A stretch of DNA of 64,000 nt from Candidatus Latescibacterota bacterium (GTDB lineage Bacteria > Latescibacterota > UBA2968 > UBA8231). The translations under genes and the position numbers were made by a program. Shown here in pieces: positions 57,436 through 64,000 of this stretch (position 1 is the first letter of the stretch; every line of letters starts with the position of its first letter). Where the stretch lies: assembly GCA_964291625.2 (NCBI GenBank), contig OZ220089.1:3488001-3552000 (forward strand), read 5' to 3'. A model generated the notes under the pieces. That model saw only the letters and a list, made by a program, of their open reading frames with translations. It was not told the DNA's origin and did no database searches.

Positions 57436-58350
57436 CTACCTGAAGCTGGCCTTGATGCGCGCCCAGGAGGACGGCTCCACGGCGGAAACGTCGTCGTAGC
57501 GGGAAGGGTCTTCCCCGGCGCCGACGAGCAGGCCGTCGGAGAAGAGATCCGCGTTGATCATCTCTTGCCATTTGCCGGAGAGGGAAATCCTCACGTCGAC
57601 CGCTCCACTGCGATCATGGTCTCGCATGGACATCGAGAACCCGATGACCTTGCCGGGGTAGAGGTCGGAGGCCGTGGACGCCTCCTCGTCGTTGTAGATG
57701 AGGTCGTCGAAGGGAGTCAGCATGAACTCGGTGACCGAGGTCGCGGGACTCTCGCCGATGACCCCGCCCCCCGCCGCGGCATACGGCTCCCGGATCACCC
57801 AGTCGCTGGCGCCGTCGTAGTCCAGGATGTCGCCGTCGCCGGGCGCCTCGGCGATCGCCATCCACCGCTGCGCCTGACGGTGGTTCCACAGGACTTGGTC
57901 CGCTGTACACTCCTCGCAGTTGATCCCCAGCAGTTCGCCGTAGATCCCGCCGGTGTGGTCGCCGTCGACCATGAAGGCGATGCTGGAGTCCCAGCGGTGC
58001 ATCTCGTGGAGGCCGGCCCCGTCGTAGCGGTTGAGGTAGAGATCATCGAAGCGCTCCATAGCGACCCAGAGGGTACCGCTGCTCTCGTTCCAGGCGAGCC
58101 AGATGCGGAAGTCCAGGTTCGAGGGATCGTAGGCACCGAACAGCCAGAAGAAGTCGCTGGCCGTCAGGGAGGGGTCGCCGAGGACGTCGTACCAGTCCTC
58201 GACGCTGCCGTCGGTCAGGTCGATGCGGTCGAGATCTTCGTCGCGCAACTCGAAGAAGGGATAAATCTCGTCGCCCACGTGGGCGTAAGCGGCGGGGGGC
58301 GGGCCCAGGAGTGCGGCGAGGCCCAGCAGGGAGATGAGTCGAGTGTGCAT
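57436..58350 (-). CDS. Secreted CBM9/DOMON-like protein with SAVEPSSWARIKA tag (paralog 3)
   Basis: Signal peptide AYA/H; family motifs; CxxC loop (CEEC). Confidence 0.88.
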   Translation of the reverse strand: MHTRLISLLGLAALLGPPPAAYAHVGDEIYPFFELRDEDLDRIDLTDGSVEDWYDVLGDPSLTASDFFWLFGAYDPSNLDFRIWLAWNESSGTLWVAMERFDDLYLNRYDGAGLHEMHRWDSSIAFMVDGDHTGGIYGELLGINCEECTADQVLWNHRQAQRWMAIAEAPGDGDILDYDGASDWVIREPYAAAGGGVIGESPATSVTEFMLTPFDDLIYNDEEASTASDLYPGKVIGFSMSMRDHDRSGAVDVRISLSGKWQEMINADLFSDGLLVGAGEDPSRYDDVSAVEPSSWARIKASFR

Positions 58351-58368
58351 GGGGTGTTCCTGCTCAGG

Positions 58369-59283
58369 CTATTCCAGCGCGGCCTTGATCCGCCCCCAGG
58401 AGGACGGCTCGACGGCGGAAACGTCGTCGTAGCTGGATGGCTCCTCTCCGGCGCCGACGAGCAGGCCGTCGGAAAAGAGATCCGCGTTGATCATCACGCC
58501 CGACCAGCGGGTGAGCGCCACAATCACATCGAAGGCCTCACCGCCGTCATAGTCCCACATGGACATCGAGAATCCGATGACCTTGCCAGGGAACAGTTGA
58601 GAGGCCTCGGACCTTTCCTCGTCGTTGTAGATGAGATCGTCGAAGGGCGTCAACATGAACTCGGTGACCGAGGTCGCGGGGCTCTCGCCGATGACGCCGC
58701 CCCCCGCCGCGGCATAGGGCTCCCGGATCACCCAGTCGCTGGCGCCGTCGTAGTCGAGAATGTCGCCGCCGCCGGGGGCCTCGGCGATCGCCATCCACCG
58801 TTGCGCCTGGCGGTGGTTCCCCAGAACCTGCTCCGGTGTGCATTGCTCGCAGCCGATGCCGAGCAACTCCCCGTATTTCCCGGCGGTGTGGTCACCGTCG
58901 ACCATGAAAGCGATGCTGGAGTCCCAGGTCACCATCTCGTGGAGTCCGGCCCCGTCGTAGCGGTTGAGGTAGAGATCGTCGAAGCGCTCCATGGCGACCC
59001 AGAGGGTACCGCTACCCTGGTGCCAGGCGAGCCAGATGCGGAAGTCCAGGTCCGAGAGATCGTACGAATCGAAGAGCCAGAAGAAGTCGCTGGCCGTCAG
59101 GGAGGGCTCGCCGATGACCTCGAGCCAATCCTCGACGCTACCGTCGGTCAGGTCGATCTGGTCCAGATCTTCGTCGAGGAGCTCGTAGAAGGGGTAGATC
59201 TGGTGGCCGACGTGGGCGTGGGCGGAGCCGGCGAGACCCAGGAACTGGACCAAGGTCAGGAGAGCAACGAGCATCGTCGGCAT
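58369..59283 (-). CDS. Secreted CBM9/DOMON-like protein with SAVEPSSWGRIKA tag (paralog 4)
   Basis: ATG 59283 with AAGGAG RBS; signal peptide AHA/H; close paralog of 57436-58350; CEQC loop. Confidence 0.88.
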   Translation of the reverse strand: MPTMLVALLTLVQFLGLAGSAHAHVGHQIYPFYELLDEDLDQIDLTDGSVEDWLEVIGEPSLTASDFFWLFDSYDLSDLDFRIWLAWHQGSGTLWVAMERFDDLYLNRYDGAGLHEMVTWDSSIAFMVDGDHTAGKYGELLGIGCEQCTPEQVLGNHRQAQRWMAIAEAPGGGDILDYDGASDWVIREPYAAAGGGVIGESPATSVTEFMLTPFDDLIYNDEERSEASQLFPGKVIGFSMSMWDYDGGEAFDVIVALTRWSGVMINADLFSDGLLVGAGEEPSSYDDVSAVEPSSWGRIKAALE

Positions 59284-59338
59284 GGTGTATCTCCTTGGTG
59301 AAGCGGAGTCCCGCGAGTGGGTCTGCGCTCTCGACCGG

Positions 59339-60254
59339 CTACTTGAAACTGGCCTTGATCCGCCCCCAGGAGGACGGCACGACGGCGGAGACATCGTCGT
59401 AGCGGGAGGGGTCTTCTCCGGCGCCGAGGAGCAGGCCGTCGACGAAGAGATCGGCGAAGCGGACGGCCGCCCCCCTGTCGCCGAGCCACTGAAGGTCTGC
59501 CGGCCCCAATCCGTCGGCATACTCGGTGGCGTCGTTATCGATCGTGCTGATGGTGAAGCCGATGACCTTCCCCGGATACAGTACGGAGGCTTTCGAGGCG
59601 GCCTCGTCGTCGTAGACGAGGTCGTCGAAGGGGGTCACCTTCAGCTCGGTGACCGTGGTCACGGGGGTGGCGCCGAGCACGCCGCCCCCGGCCGCGGCGT
59701 ACGGCTCCCTCACGGCCCACTCGCTGGCGCCGTCATAGGCCACTTGTCCGCCCTCCGCCGTCTCGGCGATCGCCATCCAGTGCTGGGCCTGGCGGTTGTT
59801 CTGGAGCTTGGCCTCCTCACCGAACAGGTACCGGCCGCCAGAGTGATCGCCGTCGACCACGAAGCTGAAGTAGGAGTCCCAGCGGTTCATCGTGGAGAAT
59901 CCCGACTGGTCAATCTCCCCTGCATAGTTGTTGTGATAGATGTCATCGAAGCGTTCCATGGCGACCCAGAGGGTCCCGCTTCGTCGGTGCCAGCCAAGCC
60001 AGAAACGGTTGTCGCAGTTCGTTGGATCGTAGCTGGAGTACGGGTAGTAGAAGTCGGCGGCCGTCAGTGAGGGCTCACCGAGGACGTCGTGCCAGTCCTC
60101 GACGCTGCCGTCGGTCAGGTCAATGCGGTCGAGATCTTCGTCGAGAAGCTCGTAGAAGGGGTAGATCTCGTCGCCGATGTGGGCGTGGGCGCCGGGTGCG
60201 ATCGCCAGGACCGGCGCCATGGCCAGGGTCAGCAGGCCGATGGCAGGTCCGCAT
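59339..60254 (-). CDS. Secreted CBM9/DOMON-like protein with SAVVPSSWGRIKA tag (paralog 5; +1 indel in signal peptide)
   Basis: RBS-preceded ATG 60254 is one base out of frame with the ORF starting at 60220; close paralog of 1328-2224. Confidence 0.82.
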
Positions 60255-60342
60255 GGTACTTCCCTCCCTCATGAGTCGGGACTTCTCGAATGGATCCCAG
60301 TTGGGGGATGCCAGACACCCTCAGTGTGCGGGGAATACCCAC

Positions 60343-61521
60343 TCACCACCCACCCGCCTCCCCGCCGGCCGCATCCCGCCGCCGCTCCATCACGTAGATC
60401 CGCGGGTAGATGCCGCCGGTCTCGACGACGCGCACGTGGAGGCGGCGGAAGCGGCGGGCCGGGCGGTTGGCCTTGTCGATGAGGCCGCGCTTCCAGGCGA
60501 GGAAGACGAGGCGGCCTCCGGGGCGCAGCAGGTGGGCGGCCGCGTCGAGGAAGCGGGCGTAGAAGGCGGAGAAATTCATGCCGCGGCCGAGGCGCACGCC
60601 GAAGGGGGGGTTGGTGACGATGGCGTCGAAGCGGCCGGCGGGGTGGGCCTCGGGCAGGTCGGCCAGGTCGCGGCAGGCGAGGGCGACCCGTCCGGCCAGC
60701 CCCTCGGCCTCGAGGTTGATCCCGGCGCCCTCGACGGCGCGGGGGGAGTAGTCGCTGGCCTCGATCTCCAGCCCCGGGTGGAGGCGCGCCGCCTCGATGG
60801 GGATCGTGGCCGAGCCGCAGAAGGGGTCCAGGAGGCGCCCCCGCTCGACGCCGGCCAGGCGCAGCAGGGCGCAGGCGACGTTGGCCTTCAGGGCCGCCCC
60901 CGGGTTGTAGAGCCGCTGCTGCCGGCGGCTGAGGGGGTCCCTGGTGAGCTGCACGCTCACCAGGCAGCGCTGGCCGCGCACGTCGACGCGGACCTCGCGG
61001 TCGAAGCCGGTCAGGTCCACGGCCCGCCGGTAGCGCTCGAACAGGGCGGCGCCGGCGCGGCGCTGCACGTCGATGCTGGAGAAGGGGTGGTCGCCGCTGC
61101 GCCGGGTGGTGACGCGGAAGGAGGCGACGCCGTCCTCGCCGAGGGCGGGGACGCCGCGCTCGCTCAGCTGCGCGTGGATGTGGTCGAGGCCGGCCCCGGG
61201 GTCGGCGGGCAGGTCGAACCCGTACAGGGGATGCAGGACGTGGTGCACGGTGCCCAGGGCGAGGGCGGCCTCGGTGACCGCGTCGTCGACCCGCGGCAGC
61301 AGCACGAGGAGGTGTCCGCCGAAGCCCCAGGGCTTGAGCTGCAGGCGGACCTGCGGCGCCGCCAGGCCGAGGGGGGACAGGCGCTCGCACAGCTCCGCGG
61401 CGGCGAGGTCCTCGAGGCCGGGGTTGGTGGTGAACAGCAGGGCGTCGCCCTCCAGGCCCCGCTGAAGGGCCTCGTCGAGGCCGGCCTCGGGGGGCGGCAG
61501 GGGCGGGGGCTGGCGGGGCAT
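60343..61521 (-). CDS. THUMP-domain RNA methyltransferase (Trm14/TrmN/RlmL-like)
   Basis: SFRVT..R.G.H, LLDPFCGS, IVTNPPFG. Confidence 0.9.
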   Translation of the reverse strand: MPRQPPPLPPPEAGLDEALQRGLEGDALLFTTNPGLEDLAAAELCERLSPLGLAAPQVRLQLKPWGFGGHLLVLLPRVDDAVTEAALALGTVHHVLHPLYGFDLPADPGAGLDHIHAQLSERGVPALGEDGVASFRVTTRRSGDHPFSSIDVQRRAGAALFERYRRAVDLTGFDREVRVDVRGQRCLVSVQLTRDPLSRRQQRLYNPGAALKANVACALLRLAGVERGRLLDPFCGSATIPIEAARLHPGLEIEASDYSPRAVEGAGINLEAEGLAGRVALACRDLADLPEAHPAGRFDAIVTNPPFGVRLGRGMNFSAFYARFLDAAAHLLRPGGRLVFLAWKRGLIDKANRPARRFRRLHVRVVETGGIYPRIYVMERRRDAAGGEAGGW

Positions 61522-61543
61522 GGCGGGCGGTCGGAGACCCGTC

Positions 61544-62725
61544 TCAGGGGACGGCGGCGATGAGGGGCACGTACATCTCCTCCGCCGTCATCCCCGCGTG
61601 GCTGCCGCGGTGGACCGTCTTGCCGCGGCCGTAGTCGTAGAGCAGCTGCCGTCCCGGCCCGGCCAGGGCCAGCACGTCGCCGAGGCGGGAGCGGATGCCG
61701 TCGCAGGGGCCGCCGAACCAGCCCGCGGCGACGGCCTCGTCGGCCGGCAGCAGCGGTTCCGTCGCCTGGCGCAACCCCTCGTCCGAGAGGAGCCGCTCCG
61801 GGTCGGCGGCCTCGAGATAGAGGGCTCTCCGGCCGCCTCCCGGGGGGCGGCCCAGGGCTTCCAGCAGCGCTCCCTCCACCGGGAAGGCGAGGTCGGGATC
61901 GACGCGGGTCTGCCCGTGGTCGGCGGTGACGAGCAGGGTGCAGCCGTGCTCGCGGCAGAGGGCGTGCACCTTTCCCACCATCAGGTCGATGAACTCCATC
62001 TCCAGGCGGCAGGCTTCCGAGGGCTCGGCGCCGTCGGGCCCGTGGAGGTGGGAGAGGGTGTCGATGACGGGCCAGTAGAGGGAGTGGAAGGCGCGCCCCC
62101 CGGCCTCGTCGAGGGCCTGTCCCAGCAGGTGGCACAGGTGGGACAGGCTGCGGTGGCCCAGGAACCGCGCCCCCTCCTGGATCAGGTTGGTGAAGGGGGC
62201 GCCCTCGTAGGCGGCGTCGGTGATCAGCGTCGACGGCACGCCGGCCCGGGCGAGGCGCTCGTAGACCGTGGGCACGCGGCGCACGGCTTCCTCGGATAGA
62301 GGCTCGTCGTGCCCGAGGGGGCGGAGGGTGAGCATGTTGACCATCGACCCCTGCTCCTCCAGCCAGAGGGTGTGGCCGAGGACGCCGTGGACCGACGGCG
62401 GCTCCGCGGTGGCCAGGCTGTTGAGGGCGGCGCTGGTGGTGGAAGGGAAGATCGAGGTCAGCCGCCGCAGGCCGCCCGGGGTCTCCTCGGCGAGGCGGGT
62501 CAGGTGCGGGGCGCGGTCGCCGAGGACCGAGAGGAGGGAGGCGTGGCCGAGGGCGTCGATCACCAGCAGGACCACGCCGCCGCGGCCGCCGAGGGCCTCC
62601 GGGGGCAGCAGCTCCGGGCGCAGGGGCGGGGTGGGCGGCTCGGCGCCGAAGGCGTCCAGCACCGAGGCGGCGAGGTTGACGATGGAGCCGCCGCCGTAGT
62701 CGGGCGGGTGGAGCTTCCCGGTCAC
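61544..62725 (-). CDS. Alkaline phosphatase superfamily (nucleotide pyrophosphatase-like) protein
   Basis: LLVIDALG, SIFPSTT, DTLSH.HG, TADHG, GSHAG. Confidence 0.9.
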   Translation of the reverse strand: MTGKLHPPDYGGGSIVNLAASVLDAFGAEPPTPPLRPELLPPEALGGRGGVVLLVIDALGHASLLSVLGDRAPHLTRLAEETPGGLRRLTSIFPSTTSAALNSLATAEPPSVHGVLGHTLWLEEQGSMVNMLTLRPLGHDEPLSEEAVRRVPTVYERLARAGVPSTLITDAAYEGAPFTNLIQEGARFLGHRSLSHLCHLLGQALDEAGGRAFHSLYWPVIDTLSHLHGPDGAEPSEACRLEMEFIDLMVGKVHALCREHGCTLLVTADHGQTRVDPDLAFPVEGALLEALGRPPGGGRRALYLEAADPERLLSDEGLRQATEPLLPADEAVAAGWFGGPCDGIRSRLGDVLALAGPGRQLLYDYGRGKTVHRGSHAGMTAEEMYVPLIAAVP

Positions 62726-63342
62726 GAGGGGGTCCCGGCCAGCTCGATCCAGTAGCGCCGCTTGCGGATCTGGCCGCCGCCGCGGCCCTCGGCGCGGACG
62801 GTCCGGCGGTCCATGACCATGTCGGACTCGAAGAGGCCGCCGTTGGCCTCGATGATCCGCCGGCTGGCGACGTTGTCCTCGTCGCAGGTCACCAGCACCC
62901 GCTCGAGCCCCAGCTCCCGGCAGCGCTGAAGGGCCAGCCCCAGGATGCGGCGGCCGTACCCGCGCCGCCGATGCCCGGGCCGGATGCTGTAGCCCACGTG
63001 TCCCCCGTAGGTGATCAGGTATTCCGTCTTGAGGTCGGGCCGGATCGACGACTGTCCGAGGTAGAGGCCGCGGTCGACGAGCCAGTAGACCCGGTCCTGG
63101 TAGCCGCCGCGGTACAGGCCGGGAGGCTCTCCCAGGCGCCGCAGGTCGCGCAGGAAGGCCGGCAGGTCGCGGTCCAGCCGCCCCAGGTCGTAGCCCAGGC
63201 CGGCGGCGTAGGTGGAGTCGAGCCGGCCCTCGCCGGCGAACTCGGCGGCGCCTTCGAGGAAGCTGTCGCGAAAGCGTTCGGAGGGCTCGACGAGGCGGCA
63301 GGTGCCGGCGGCCTCGGCCGGGGCGGGGGGGATGGACGCCAT
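62722..63342 (-). CDS. GNAT family N-acetyltransferase
   Basis: GGHVGYSIRP..RRRGYG, VLVTCDEDNVASRRIIEANGG. Confidence 0.92.
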   Translation of the reverse strand: MASIPPAPAEAAGTCRLVEPSERFRDSFLEGAAEFAGEGRLDSTYAAGLGYDLGRLDRDLPAFLRDLRRLGEPPGLYRGGYQDRVYWLVDRGLYLGQSSIRPDLKTEYLITYGGHVGYSIRPGHRRRGYGRRILGLALQRCRELGLERVLVTCDEDNVASRRIIEANGGLFESDMVMDRRTVRAEGRGGGQIRKRRYWIELAGTPS

Positions 63343-63457
63343 GAGAGGACCCACGCCGGGCAATCTAGACCGCGCAACGGAGGGCGTGTCAACGCCGGCG
63401 GGGTGCGGTCCAGGCGGCCGATTTCCCCCGGGGCGGGGCGATCCCTATATAGTGGTC

Positions 63458-64000
63458 ATGGCGGAACGGGCACAGATCCCCCCGGCGACCGGGCTCTTCG
63501 CGGAACCGTGGTCGGCTGGCAAGGTCCGGCGGCTGCTGGCCATGTTCGGCCCCGCGGCGATCGTGGCCTCGGTCAGCATCGGCGCCGGCGAGACGATCGT
63601 CGTGGTGCGGGCCGGCGCCTGGGCCGGGTACGGGCTGCTGTGGCTGGTGCTGCTGTCGGCCGTGGTCAAGGGGGTCTTCGTCACCTACCTGATCGGCCGC
63701 TACACCGCCGTCAGCGGCGAGCTGATCGGCCACCGCCTGGTGCAGCTGCCCGGCCCCCGCGGCTGGTTCCTGCTGCTGCTGGTCGTCCTCGAGATGTCGT
63801 GCGCGCCCATGGCCTGGGTGGCGATCGCCAAGCCCTGCGGCAACCTCGTCCACTATCTCGCCGGACCGCCCGGTTCCTCCCCCGTCCTCTGGCAGAACGC
63901 GGGCACCTCCCTGTTCATCCTCCTGGCCCTCGCCCTGGGCCTGCGCCTCTCCTTCTCCCGCCTCGAGAAGCAGCAGCTCCTCATCTGCCTGATCCTGGTG
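63458..64000 (+). CDS. Nramp-like (APC superfamily) transporter, partial
   Basis: Manual translation MFGPAAIVASVSIGAGET...GYGLLWLVLLSAVVK...GRYTAVSGE; runs off window end. Confidence 0.8.
   Translation, partial: MAERAQIPPATGLFAEPWSAGKVRRLLAMFGPAAIVASVSIGAGETIVVVRAGAWAGYGLLWLVLLSAVVKGVFVTYLIGRYTAVSGELIGHRLVQLPGPRGWFLLLLVVLEMSCAPMAWVAIAKPCGNLVHYLAGPPGSSPVLWQNAGTSLFILLALALGLRLSFSRLEKQQLLICLILV

Noticed and set aside
57436-60254. Diversity-generating retroelement acting on the paralogs
   Set aside because: No reverse transcriptase or non-coding template repeat seen; differences between paralogs 3 and 4 involve C, G and T positions, not only adenines.
61544-62725. BREX PglZ defence component
   Set aside because: Stand-alone alkaline-phosphatase-family gene with no brx/pgl neighbours.

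Overview
A very GC-rich bacterial chromosomal segment. Gene content and a recurring C-terminal ...SWGRIKA tag suggest an FCB-group, Latescibacterota-like organism (inference). Most of the window is housekeeping and metabolic: LytR_C-rsfS-mtnA-SPOR-mltD-mreD-mrdA-rodA, trxB, zapA, infA, class I LysRS, yhbY, fxsA, a frameshifted comEC, sugar-acid catabolic genes and a lone Mo-hydroxylase large subunit. Several small accessory islets are interspersed. Main observations: (1) Five secreted CBM9/DOMON-like paralogs with near-constant ends (SAVEPSSWGRIKA tail) and variable loops lie in two arrays 56 kb apart. Both arrays abut a comEC 3' end (intact at 57.4 kb, a decayed ~115-bp copy at 1.2 kb), and a sixth orphan tail lies at 8.75 kb. 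(2) A shared TGAAY-N4-KTRYA operator (candidate LexA/SOS box) sits at the same position relative to the -10 in the promoters of a PA0069/SplB-like radical SAM gene and of an unannotated leaderless 50-aa hydrophobic ORF upstream of the cell-wall operon, a candidate SOS division inhibitor. (3) A 52-bp direct repeat duplicates the fxsA promoter around an inserted gene. (4) A lower-GC islet carries a SWIB-J-domain fusion and a DUF4145/HEPN-like gene. I saw no tRNA, rRNA, CRISPR array, integrase, transposase or reverse transcriptase. Three +1 indels in short homopolymers may be sequencing errors.
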